Shown piece by piece: positions 25,988 through 39,514 of a stretch of 64,000 nt of DNA. The stretch is from Ophelia neglecta (taxonomy: Eukaryota). The notes beneath the pieces were generated by a model, which was given only the letters and a program-made list of their open reading frames with translations, did no database searches and was not told the DNA's origin. Location: assembly GCA_965285935.1 (NCBI GenBank), contig OZ260663.1, positions 99,448,001 to 99,512,000 of the forward strand. Reading direction: 5' to 3'. Numbering within the stretch: position 1 is the stretch's first letter; every line of letters starts with the position of its first letter. Made by a program: the position numbers and the translations under genes.

Positions 25988-28900
25988 TCAGTTATTGTTG
26001 TTTAGATTGACGTCTTCATACTCGCCATTGATGACCGTCTGGGGTAAGTTAAGTGCTTCGTACTGTACCACACCGGTGTTTTCTAGAAACAAATGTGCAT
26101 CGCATTATCATGAAAATATGAACGTAAATTAACATTAATAGGTAACGGATAATTGATCACACAAATAATAGTATCCTCTCAGTATTAATTGTCCTTGGGC
26201 AGGATTCAGATTCCTAAAAAATTCAGACCTTTTATGACCTAAACGCAGTTACAAGTAATCAACAAATAATAAAAGCATACATGTAATTAATGAATAATAA
26301 AATACATTGAAGATAGCCTAAGAATGTCCGGAAAACCCCATTAAGATACGTCGTGGATGGCTGTCGCGTGGCAACCCTTCATGAAAAACGATACACCAAA
26401 TGAAAGCAGATTGGGTATATTTTGTTTGACACGGTACATTCCCTGAGCCATGTGATCTACACGCCTGATAATTCACAAATAGAAAATTTAAATGTTTACT
26501 ATCGTATGACAGCGGTTCAGTAAAAGGGTATTGCAATTCTAATAAAATGTTGGGGTGGGGAAAGGGTTGGGAGCCAGTTCTGTTAGTGCGAAGAATAAAT
26601 AACATTGCGTTACGCTGGCGAGTATAAATCGAAGAGAAAGAGTCTTAACTAATGAAACGTCAAAGGGCACTCACCATACGGAGGCACATTGTTTGTAGTC
26701 GGCGACTCATATACACGGACATTTTCCAGTGGTACATTCTCCACCTGAAGCTTGGACACATCGATGTCTTCGTATTGGGCTGGTTGGGGGTCGGAGTGAA
26801 CATCAGCGGCTGGTTTTGCCAATCTCTTTCTCTGGATAAACATTCTAAATAAAACCATGTTGTGTTTTAGCCTTACCATTGGCTCTTATACATGCGATAC
26901 GTACATAGATTATTTATATTGGATGACTTTAACATACAGTTACATTGGAGAATTGAAGAAGAGCAGCAAGCTCAGGTTACTAGTGTTCTCGCTATTCAAG
27001 TGCTAAAGTATTATATAGCTTCTTAAAGGTACATTTGTCCTTAAATTTACAACCAATGAAATCAATAGCAGGTAGTGCGTTTACTAGACAACTACTTTGC
27101 ATATATCAAAGGTACTCAGACTTTAGTTTGTTAAACATATGGACTGTACTAAAAAAGGATAGCGATAATTCATGGCGTGAAATAGTAATAGTCACGAAGT
27201 AATCAATGAGTGTCATGCCCGACGTTCGTAGTAACATAATTGTATAGTGTATTTCGGACGCCGCATTTTATTAGTGCGTCCATACTTCAAGAGTAAAATG
27301 TATCATATATTTAGCCAAATAAGAATCTGCCATATGTACCATAATATGCTAAAAGTTGAACACCCGTGAACACAGTACTTGGAGATGCAATACCTGAGAG
27401 TCATTCTTAAATGTTGACATGCCTTACTGGCTTCACCTTTCAGAAACGATGGATTGCACAATACCGCCAATGGTCAAACGCGGCGTCTGCTAGGCGTGTG
27501 TGTTTTAAGCAGTCAACTTATATGGCAAACAGAATTGAAGAAACATGTTAAACGGCGGGTTAGCTACACATACAACTGCAGAAAAAGCAGTAAGTAAAAA
27601 CGAATACCATATTCTAATAAAAATAAATCGTGTGCGCATTTTAGCAATTTGTAATTAGTTTTCTGTAAGGTTTGGCAGTATTTATGAGCACTTACTGTTT
27701 GCAGATGGACTTTTGTGTGCTTTGCGTTATACCAAACAATATGATACAAAATATTGAGCAATATAGCGAAATTTGGCTTACTTGAATACTAAACCAGAAC
27801 GAGGCTCATTGGCTGACAGCTCAAGAATTAATATACTGAACCAGAAGGATGTTCATTGGATGACAGTCAAAAATATTAATACATAACATACAGATAGTTT
27901 TATTTCTGAAGTTAATGTTTTCCATATATATATACTCATATACATACCCAAGATAGAAAAGAACTCCTCCCACCACACACATCCCTATCACTCCTCCCAC
28001 GGCGACTCCTATCACTGTAGACGTATCACCTGTCACCTGGACTGGACGTCTCGTGGAAAGTGATTTATCAATGGTTACGACACTTTTGGGCCCCATGCTG
28101 GTCGTTATTGGTCCACCGCCCTCTGTGATTAGTGACGGTATGGTGAGCGACTCTGCGTTGGTAGAAGAGATTATTAGGTTTTTACAGGCAGTTTAAATAC
28201 GGCATTAACTGTTTTGTTTTCTTAAACAGTTGCTTGAAGACAAGTTATACATTTTAACTATAAATTCATCTCCTCACATATTCGTCCTTGCATCATATCA
28301 TGTATATAATGTACTTTATATAAATGGCATTAATGTAAGTTAGTGCGGGACTCCTTTATTGAGACAATTTCATCATTGGTCTCTAAATTATGAAAGAAAT
28401 TAGACCGTCATAGACTCTCCAAGGACGAATTTCATCTGTGTTCTAGATAGAGAGGGTGGGGTGGGGGGGGGGGGGTTGTGGTACACAAATGAAGTTTTAA
28501 ATTGTTGATTAACGGCTTCTTCATTGTAAATATTCACGTAAAAACAGTCCTATTTTATTCAAAATAATGGTGGCTTATTATTGTTAACATGTTGTTGGGG
28601 TATATTTACTCCAGTTTTCTGATCATTACAATTGGACCTGAACAAATTATTTGTTAAGCGGCAGCACTTTTCCATTTGGCAAACGTTAAAATCGAGTATT
28701 TTCATCAATAATCAGACACCAGATCAGTATATTCGCACAAATGCGATGTAGCCCCAAAAGCCTGCTTGGGTAGATTTTTGGAAACTAGAATCGCAAAATG
28801 TAATCGTGGCTACACAAGTTTTTTGCAGTGCGGCGATCATGCACTCCCGGATGATTATAGAAGGCATAAAGACATTCTTGAACCCTAAGGTAGGCCTATG

Positions 28901-31900
28901 TTCATATATATTAATCAATTCAGCACGCACATGATTTCCTGACTTTTCATGAATCGTTTCGTAATACTGATACATAGTTCATTCAAAACCAGTAGCATGT
29001 CTAATAGAGAGTTCTAATAGAGTTTATTGGACATACATCGGAAAACACGACATCTGGTGGTGGGGCGTTGAAGGTAAAATCAAAATTAAAGTCCATGCTT
29101 GATGCAATGACGCATTGTGCTGTTATAATTCTAGTCGATAACATTTCCCAAACATATAGATTTTTGTTTAAAGTACATTGTTATTGATATAAATTCCTTT
29201 TTTTCTAATTGAACAAATGTAAAATCCCTGCCTTTCTTGAATGTGCAATTTGACATTAAAATCCCAACTAAAACTTGCCAATATACTGTCCCTTGCCGAT
29301 AACTCTTAAAGTATGGTTGAATAATTTTGAAAAGGTTGATGGGAAACAGGCATGGTGACTGAAATCCTCTGTATATGCCTACAGTACACTTCATGGCCAA
29401 AAATTACATTTCAATAATACAGACTTAACCTGTCATTAAAATATAAAGGCTAGAAGGAAACAAATAATAAACATATAGCACCGAATTAGCACATTTATAA
29501 ATGGTACCTTCTCCTCCAGATGTGTTCTTGCCATGTTAAGTGCATTTTTAACGTTATACTCCCAGGGTAGATTAGGGTTCTTTTTGGGGTAACAGCCTTG
29601 TGAATGTTTTTCTAATTTTTCAGACAATTTAAGGGTCCCACACATTCAATAAAGTTTACTAATTTCGCGAAAAGTGGGCGTTTTTTGTTACGACCTCCAT
29701 CATCTAAACAGCTTATAGCTAACGCTTTATTCTATAATAAGTTGTACACATTATGCACCTATTTATCCCACGAAACTTTTAAAAAAGGAGTAATTTAGTT
29801 ATATTTGTATAAGCGTTATGTGCAAGGCCAAATCCTCTGCACGTGTCTACCTTACAGCAACTAAACCTGACTGTAGCAACTAGAGTGCATATAAGCAAAA
29901 TTGGATTTTTTATATATAATATAGCCTACGATCGCGATATGTATTAAGGCCTATTATTTAGCGCGGTGCTATCATGGGTTGCTAGCATAATTTAGTCTTC
30001 ACGAGGATATGTATAAAAGGACAATTATTGCGGGCTTACACTGTGATTATACAGTAACGACTGGACAGTATGTTAATTTGCGTGTAGCTTGAGTCTTCCA
30101 ATGCCTACAAGCAACAATGTTTACTACAACTTTGCAACATATAGGCTGTTGTCTTTAACGTATCTCAATCGGACCGGTCTCAAACTGGCCTCAGTAGGTT
30201 TATAGTGAGTGCCCGGATTGGGGTAAAGCAATCGGAAGTCTGATATCTGAAACGTCACCTAAAATGCGGATTGCATTTAAACGTCATCTAAAATGTGCAT
30301 AGCTCTTAGAGGTATCCGCTCTGAAACATCTGGCACGGGTACTTCTGCAATGTCAGCGCATTATGCAGTCATCTGATAAAATACGTATTTCTTGCCTACT
30401 TGAAATGTTACAATTGACATCGTAAGCATGGATACCCCTCTCCCGTAGTAAATTAGCGCCCTCTATTGAAGTGTGTAATTGAACGGCCTAAGGAATAAAA
30501 GGCAGTATCTAGTCTAAACAGGGCATGCGTAGTACGCTACAACGCTACATGTTAAACGTTCTATATATGGATGTGATGTTGCTTTTAAATAACTAACAGC
30601 AGAAACTTAATTAGATTGAATTAATCGTAACTATAATACTAATCATAATAATAGAGTAGAGTGGTAGGAGTCGATGCATAGAGAGCTCCGTATCCTTAAC
30701 ATATGACAATACATTCCACGCATATATTTTGGTAGGTATAGATAGTAAGATAATAGAGCTTGTAGTTGTAAAGACCTCGAAGCATTTAATATAGCTCTTC
30801 GCGGCTAGGACTGTAGTTATATGCTTGGTTTCGTTTGCCCGTACATCTAACAGGGGCCAAATCCCTCAACTTTCATAATGAAATCTCAGTAGAAAGGTAG
30901 ATGGATTTTGGATGACACCCATATCTAAGGACAATTTACCCATGGTCAAAGCTTATTCGATTTTTGTTGTTGATAATTTGCCATCCCGAAATTTAACCGT
31001 ACAAGGATGCACATGCATTCCAAAAAGAATGAATAGTTACAGATATATTAAAGCTGCTGGTAAGGACGATGGTGCTTTCGGGAGGGTAAGGTTGTGGCTG
31101 GTGAGGGGCGAAGAAAATTTAGTTTGTTTTGTCGCAGTTAGTAAACCAAATATACTTTTGTTGTGGTTTACATAAACATAAATACCCCGAAAAAGATAAA
31201 GCATGATTTCATTATTTCTTATCTGTAGAAAGAAGGTCATGTTCTTGAAAGCCACGGGTCAGACTTAATTAGAAATAAACGGCAGCAGAGTTTAACGGTA
31301 TGTGAGCTTAATGGGAGGTGAGCTTAACGGGAGGTGAGTTTAACCGTCGTTGAGCTAAACGGGTGGACACCATCAGATGTGAGGACACATATTTGTGACA
31401 CTGTTCATGAATTCAAAATAACCTATCAAAATCAATATATTATTAATATAAGTAAGAAAACAATAAAGATTTATTTCTATTTTCAATAAAACAAGTGTGC
31501 AAAAATCTGAATCCGCGAATTTATTGTACAAGGGCCCCTAAATTAATTAATCAATATGTATGTATCAAAAATACTTGCATCGTATATACAATGGTAATGG
31601 CTGTGAGTGAATTTTCGTATCTGATAAATTGTGTAGTTCTTGCCAACTTTAAATGTTACTGTGGCTTGCTTTATAATGATCAAATCAAAATGTTTTACCT
31701 GACAAAGTCCGGGCATCCAAATACGACAATTTGTACTTGTAGTATGTTTCCAGACTTTCTACTTTCTGTCCAGTAGAGTTGATCCTGTACACAGCCAGAT
31801 CAAACTGATACCTAGTGCCGGCCCGTAATCCCGATACAGTTCCCTGCTGCCAGTCTGTTTTGTTATATTTGACGTCAGCTCCAACTGCCCAACCCCCCAT

Positions 31901-34850
31901 TGACATGATATAGAGTCTGTAGTATATGTGGTATCCGATGTAAGGAGCGGCTCTGTCTGAGATGCCCGTCAGACCTTCCCTCCATCCCCAAGTTACCGAG
32001 TCTTTGCTAATAGATAGAGGTGTCGTTTCAAACTCGTCAGACCCATCAAACCGCATAACGGCTGGAAAAATATGTCTGGTTGTCATATTGCTTGTTAATA
32101 GTACCTTAAACATTATTTACAACGGGATCGAAATTCATGGTCTAGCTCCAATTCATGGTCTAGCTCCAATTCATGGTCTAGCTCCAATTCATGGTCTAGC
32201 TCCAATTCATGGTCTAGCTCCAATTTGCAAGGTAAACTAATTTGCTACTGACCAGACTAGTATAGTAAAAAGATACCTGCAATCAACGTCTGTAATACTA
32301 CCTGAGAAACACATAGTATATTTATTGTGCTGGTTACTTACGTATTATGATGTCACACTGTTCACCTGCCCGCCAATCACCACTCACATTGAAGTCACAG
32401 TCAGTACAAGCTCCGCTCTCCGGCTCACAGCCATCCTTACACAGCCTGTTACATCGTTTTGTACAGGCAGGGCCGTAATAAGCTACCGGACATTCTGATC
32501 AATATACATAATGATTTTCTTATATTTATTTAATATTTTAAAAAGATAGTGTACCATCATTGCTATTAGGGATTTAAGTGCAAATGTTCTACCTGTAAAG
32601 GTCGTTGTGGCACTAAGGGGATATCCCCTTGATGTGCTATATGTGATGCCACTTTCTACTAGCTCTTTATCAGTCATTTTTCTGTAGACAACCAGATCAA
32701 ACTGGTACCGTGTCCCCGGCTGTAGTCCTGATATAGTCCCCTGCTGCCACTCTGTGTTAGAGTAAGGAAGGTCAGCTCCGAGTGTCCACCCCCCTGATGA
32801 CGTTGTATACAGTCTGTAGTGTATACGGTATCCGATGTAAGGAGCGGCTCTCCTTCCATCTCCACGTGACCGAGTTTGTGGTCACTGATACCGGACTAGT
32901 CGGGACCTCGTCAGCAAAGCCGAAATTCATCTTAGCTAGTAAAATGAGAATAATGCACCTTGAAACAAAGGAGGTATTTTCTTGAAATAATGTTTATATT
33001 TGCTTCATTCTTTGCATACAACGAGTCGAGTGTGAAAAACCAACAAATTCCGAGTTAGTTACAAGAATGATATATATTAATAGACAACACTCACGTATTA
33101 TGATATCACACTGGTCCCCTGTCAGCCAATAACCCGTCCCCTGGATACCACAGCCATCAGTACACTCCCCACGGTCCCTGACACACAGTCTGACCTTACA
33201 CTCAGGGTTACAGACGTCATCGCATTCAGTGGCATCCATGCAGTCTGGAAGCAAAGAGAATCATGTGGATGTTTAATTTTAATTGATGGGCGTCCGACGG
33301 AACAATCATCTCAAGGAGTAATAATTCACTGATAAAATGTTCCACGTGTATAATCACACTGTAGTAAGCTACACACACCACACCTGTGTGAATACAATTT
33401 CAATTTTTAAAAATTTAGTATGCTATCTGTTTTTCCGCATAAAGTTGACGCCACGTGCCAAATATATCTAACAATGTATATGCTACATTCTTGTTTAGTA
33501 TGTATGAGGATTTTCGCATTATTTTATGTGTACATCTTATTTGTACATCTGTATACATAGCTTTAAAATGTATGTATAAATTATCTGAAATGCTGACGTA
33601 TTTACTTAAGGACATAGGTAAACAAAGCGTTTGGATACGCCAAGGAAAGGGAAAGGAAACATGTCGTTTAAAGATTTTTCTTTTCTTTTACCCCCCCCCC
33701 CCCCTGCATTTTCCAGAAATTGAAAAAAAAGAAAACAATTTACAACCCCTCACTCCCCTCCACACACACACCCTTTCCTTCTATGTCCCTTCTTTCTCTC
33801 CCTCCTCCTCCTTCCCAAACCACTCTGAAATGCAAAGAATGATTCGCCTCAATCCTAGATCCCGTCATCTCTAACCTCCAACCCGCACCCCCCCCCCCCC
33901 CATTCTACACGACCCCGCAGCTTCCTGGCCTCAACGCACTAACAAGATTCACATCCCTAATGAGTTCATAAGCTAATCTCTGTGTCAGAGCTTTTTATAT
34001 AACTGGTAAAACTAATTTGTTTGTTGCATAATGCAATCGCCAAAAATATCATAACCTTCCTGGGGCTCATAGCTCAAGTCTGTCTTGTCTAAACTGGAAC
34101 CTTTCTCTTTACATAATAAGAGCCTGTTTGCTCCTACTAAGATATCAAAGCCTTGTTTGGCCAGAACACATGACATTATAATGCAACCCCCTTCACTGCC
34201 CCTGATTGTTTCCTTTCTTTCTCAAAACAGTATAAAACGCCTGAAATAGAAAGAAAAGCAAAAATAAAGCGAAAAATGAACCATGTTCAGCAGATAGCAA
34301 ATTTGGTTTATCGTTGCCATGGCAGCCGAACTATTTAAGGTAACAGATTTTGCTGTATCAAGCGCAGTGTTTAAAATTTCGTAAAAGTAGTAGCAGTAGT
34401 AAGTTTATGAAAGGTATCCACAAAATGTTTTTTAAAATTCGACCAAATGCATTCAATGCGCCAAAAGTTGGTTTTTTTACGGCCAACATGAGGACCATTA
34501 CATACCACATATTTTTATTGAAAAGGTGGGGCATAAATACCATGGAAATAAGTAGGCACGGAGAAAATAATGCTGATAACTGAATGGCTACATCTGAACG
34601 CTTAGGTTCCTAGTGGGCAGAATGTCGTACACGCATCAAAATAGAGGAATGAAAGCTGATATCTTTGATTGCTAATGAAAAAGTCGAGACTACTATATTA
34701 TGATGGTGAACACCACGATAACACTAAGCTTTGGCCTTTTGCTGATAAGCGCGTCGTACATTGATCTAGAGTAATTTTAAGAAATGGTTTACCTTCTGTG
34801 TCCGCCAAGGCCAGGAAAAGCATCGTTAGACATATTTTCATGGCACCCAT
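25988..34850 (-). CDS. Receptor D: SP-EGF-FN3-EGF-FN3-TM receptor with a tyrosine-motif tail and no phosphatase domain (FN3-1 exon frameshifted; open only if that exon is skipped)
   Basis: Exons 34793-34850, 33095-33244, 32593-32935 (343 nt vs 363 in A), 32342-32494, 31699-32061, 27948-28152 (TM VIGVAVGGVIGMCVVGGVLFYLG), 26675-26844, 25988-26082 (stop TGA). Phases are consistent. AATAAA lies downstream on the minus strand at ~25826-25870. 518 aa if the deletion is repaired, 397 aa if exon 3 is skipped. Confidence 0.8.
31287..31364. repeat. Degenerate 16-bp tandem repeat (tgagcttaacgggagg-like) x~5
   Basis: gagtttaacgg.. gagcttaatggg.. gagcttaacggg.. gagtttaaccg.. gagctaaacggg at 16-nt spacing. 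Probably part of a non-autonomous transposon remnant. Confidence 0.7.
32132..32225. repeat. 18-bp minisatellite (aattcatggtctagctcc) x5, intronic
   Basis: Five perfect units read directly from the sequence. Confidence 0.95.
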
Positions 34851-37800
34851 TTTTCGTAGGTTTGAACCTAAAGGGAGCTCCTCTTGGTGAAACGCTTTGC
34901 TTTGCTTTTTTACTTGTTCGTTAACTTTTCCCAAAGTATATTATGGCTGCATTCGTCACCTCTGCATGATAAAAGGTGTCGGTAGAAATGGCCAATATGA
35001 CTCTGTGCTTTCCCTTTAATCCGGTATAACGCAGTATTAAACTCAATAATATTCTGCTGACCAAATAATCTCCGGTAGAGTGGGGATTCAAAATTTGTAC
35101 TTCCTTGTATGTGACATAGATCTAACCAACCGAGAACGCTTCATTCACCAATTTCTATACGTGAATATCGCGCTAGGGCGAGGGATATGCATTGGCGCTT
35201 AGCCTTAAGTCTGGTTAGCACGTTTCAAATGCGGATCCTTACCTTTTAACAATAATTCGTGAAGCAGTGAGGGCGTAGACAACCTTCACAAAAACTTACA
35301 TCTGTTGACGAGGTAAGGAGAATGGGGATAACTGTAAACTCATATACAAGACACCGATAATCAGATATGATATACAAGGAATTTAGAATGTAGCTATTTA
35401 ATGTAGGTTTGTGGTAGGGGTAAGGCTTAAGGATTGAAAGTTTCACTAAGGTTGTTTGCTAAACCCTACCCACCTCGCACATAGATTATTGGCCTCAGTC
35501 CGCCCCTGTCTACACGACAAAGGACATCTCACATGATTCAAGGTAACCCAGCAAAATTCATATGCACCTTTAGAAATGTGTTAAACGTCTGCGATAAAGC
35601 CCAGTAAACTGTCTCATAGGGAACATCCATTATAGCTCCCGTCGGATTCATTGAACCATGTCTTACGGTGCTGTATTTACTATTTAAGGGCGCCGAGTGT
35701 AAGTTTAAGCAGCCGTACTTGACAATACGGTGTACGGCAAGTTTCTAATATTTATTTCATCAATACCGATATAAGCATTTAGGACAGACAATGAATGTGC
35801 ATTAAAATATTCCATTGATTATCTGATCTTGACATAGCTATCGCTCAGACAAGACATATTCAAAATTATTAATCTTCTTGCATCCTTCATGCCAAATTCC
35901 GATAAAACATGTAGTCAATAAACGATGATTTTCTTATAGTTAAATGTATTTTATATAAGATAAATATCTGTATTAACGTATATAGTATCGTATCTTAACG
36001 GAGTTTCTTATATATTTATTAGAAATCACATTGAAAACGATATACTGTGACCGCAGGAAAGCTCCTGCCTGGTACACCGTATATACCATATTTAAAGCTT
36101 GTGGTGAATGAAATGCAGACGACATTGCTGTTTACACACGTTATGTATATATGATGACATTGGTTTTTCTTGTATCAAATAAAGAGCAGGCGGGGTGGGG
36201 GATGGAGGGGGTATAAACCATGTAACCCGGTAATAAATGGCAATTTGAGCAACTGTACCGGAAACTAATGATTATCCGACTAACATGCTATCGTACTTTT
36301 TCCAATCATCCATTAGTTTACCTTCTTCAAATCGTATTACAACCACTGATATATTTCTTAGAACCAACACTGACAACGAGTTACAAAGAACGCCTGACAT
36401 GGTATCGCTGTACAAATCAGGCTAACCATACCATAATGTCATTGCAAGGATCGGGCCATGTTAAGTGTTTGATTGAAAGAGTAATTTAGTTGCTGAATGT
36501 GTAGCAGTAACCATATTTAATTTTGCAAGGTAATGACATTAAAAATGCACAAAGTTTGTCTCTAAAGGCTATATCCTGTATTGTCATAGCAACGCATTTA
36601 CCAGTTACAATAAATTTTGAAATTTGATGCAACAAAGGAACCAAACTGGTAAATGAATGAATCAAGTGGCGGCTGATATTTATCTTTACCGGATGAAATA
36701 GTACATGTAATAGAAAGTAGGGTTCTATGCTATATATATTCTATGACAGCCGTTTCAAATCAGTAATGTTGCTCCATCCTCACTAGTCGGAGCACCTATT
36801 TCAGGTTGCAGGAAGCTAAAGAAATCTCCTTTCTTCTGCATGTTAAATGAAGGTTATTCGACATCACTTTTCACATATTTAATAACATTTCTGCCCAGTG
36901 GACTACGTATCAGGGAAAAATGAAATTAACACAGCATATGTACAAAATGTTGATAGAGGCCCGGGAAGAAAATGTGGCTACTTTACGTGTTTTTTCACAC
37001 GAAACCATGAATATCCACGTATCTCTTTCACAATCCAACAATTCCAAAATAATACCTTTGCCTTAAATTGTTTACTATTCATAAGCATAGTATTTATATT
37101 TTACTATCATTATATATTCCAGGCATTCCACGCATGTTTTTGCCTTTTTTGGCCCATCACAGGCCAGCTTGGCCAATCTCGACTACTGGTACCTTGGGGA
37201 ATCTCTTATACGAATTCCACAAGCTTGGTCCACCGTGACCAAAGCTCACTCATTAGTTACTAGCTTCGCCCACCAAGACCGAAGCCTAGCCCGAACACCT
37301 TCCTGTCGGGCTACCGTCTCATTTGATTACCTGCCGGCTCTGGCTTATAATGCCAGCCACAGTTTGGCAGGAATACACCTACTTGCCCTGTGAGAATAGT
37401 ATGTGAAATGATTCACTTCATGACCAGCTCTCTTGTATAGCTCAGGAAAGGTCCCGCCGAGTCTGCATGAACAACGCGTTAAATGACTCACTCCGTGAAG
37501 AGCTACCATAAATACATCCCACACTATCTGCACAGTTCACAAGCTACAAGAGCTCTTAAGCACTCACTGACATAAACATGTCAACTATACTAGCTACTCT
37601 AACAGCTACTGTAAACCAGTCAATAAACATGGGATTTACAATCATATTTACTCATACCCAACATTATTAAGCCAAGCACTGTGCTATATGTAGCACGCAC
37701 ACGTTTAAATAGTGAATAGGTCTTATTATACATTTTAATATTCCTTGAACTGAGGTTTCATACTCCAGACAAGAATAACTAATAAAAACGGTTTATTAGC

Positions 37801-39514
37801 TGTAGAGTTTGTGTATGTATGTTTCTAAATACAATTGGGTGTACCAGGAGAAAAAGTGATCATGTCATTGCCTGTGGTCTTTCCAGCAGATTAAATTGTA
37901 AGTTTTGTATTTCATGGTCAGTAACGATTAAAATTATCAAATCGTCCATGTATAAACACAAATGTATAAACATTTTAATTTTTAATGGTATTATAATAAA
38001 AAGCGTAGTGCCAACTATTAATTTTCTATATCATAATACAAAATGTTTGGCAAGCAAATTACAAATAGAATATGCCAATATAGCCAGGACCACCGGTATG
38101 TTCATTAGTTTGTTAAATTTCATAATGTTTAATTAACTTGATCAACACGATCAACATGCTGATAACTTGTATTTGTCCTTATGAGCATTTGTTGATATCA
38201 CTGGCGCTACTTTATGACATATTAGAAATCATGACACACTACTTATAAATATATTACTACTTTACATATTAAAAGTGCCACACTGAGTAACTCGATAAAT
38301 GGTACTTTGCTATCGGGAATTGACAAATCCACAGTCACAGTGACAATCGACTTGTCAATATAGGATATAAAACAACAAGCCAACATAGTCAAGGCATTTG
38401 ACACCCATATCTATGCCTCAAATTATTATATTATATAAGAAGAGTTTCTAACTACATTCACCTACATAGTTTATACCATTACATGTTACTTTGGTGTTAC
38501 ATCTTGTTGAATATACACTCATCCCTCGAATAATTCGAACAATAAAGCCAAACTTCTCTAAATAGACTCCCATTAAATGAATACATAGAACATAGAACAT
38601 ATTTGTATTTGACAGTGTAGGTCATCAGATAGGAAGAAAAATCGATATGTGTTCACTGTTGTGTATACACAGCAATATATAGACAAATTTTACTATATAA
38701 AAACAAAACCAAAAAGCTATAGCCATCAGGGCTAGAGCCAGGCAATGATACCAAAGGTACTTGAATCTATCCCAGACTGGGTGGAAACAACATTGTCGCC
38801 GTACTGCATTCATGGCAGGAACTGTTTCTGTCCTTATATCCGAATAATCCCTTCTTCGAGATATCACTTTCCACCAAATATTTAAGATTTTTTCAAAGCT
38901 GGTCCGAGAATACATTCCGGCGGTAGCAGAACCATCAGGATCCCGTTGGTGAACAGTGCACTTAATCACACAAACTACTGTTTCTCGACGATGCAATTTT
39001 ATCGGTGAAATGCAGCGCCGGGCTAAATTCCCTCCGAGCTCCCCCCCCCCCATTTACGGATATTTTCAAAACCATCAGCCAATGAGGGGCTCGGAAGCCA
39101 TTAAGCCCGGACATCTACTCCAGAAATAGCAAACAACCGAAACTGCCAAGAGATTCAGTCATAAAATCAAATAAGCGTCTAATCTAAAGACTCAGATAGA
39201 TATTTGGAGACTACAAATGGTGGCGAAACATGTTTCGATCACAAGCTCCAATCTCTGTGCTGTTCCATTTTTCCATGCGTGTATATATACATTGTTAAAT
39301 TTAGTGTTGTACAAACAGGATGCTATATTAGTGTTCTGGTTTACTTAGTCCTTTCTGTTGGGTTTTGTAATTATATACGGAATTATAATATATGTGATAT
39401 ATGGGCAAGCTTGTACAATGTCCAAGATTTGCTATTTAGGTCGCTTCTCTGAGTTGGACGTACTTCCATTAACATTTCTGGCGTTGAAGAAACCGGAAAT
39501 CTTGAAGCTCTTCC

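Noticed and set aside
28415-28450. Minus-strand CACAGATGAAATTCGTCC resembling the start of an FN3-1 exon (16/18 nt)
   Set aside because: Similarity does not extend and stops follow immediately; chance or too decayed to call.
32132-32225. (IHGLAP)n ORF / possible CRISPR-like array
   Set aside because: Perfect head-to-tail 18-bp repeats with no spacers inside a eukaryotic intron; a simple minisatellite.
34698-34934. 78-aa ORF as a standalone secreted peptide gene
   Set aside because: It is the signal-peptide exon of receptor D read through its GT donor into the intron.
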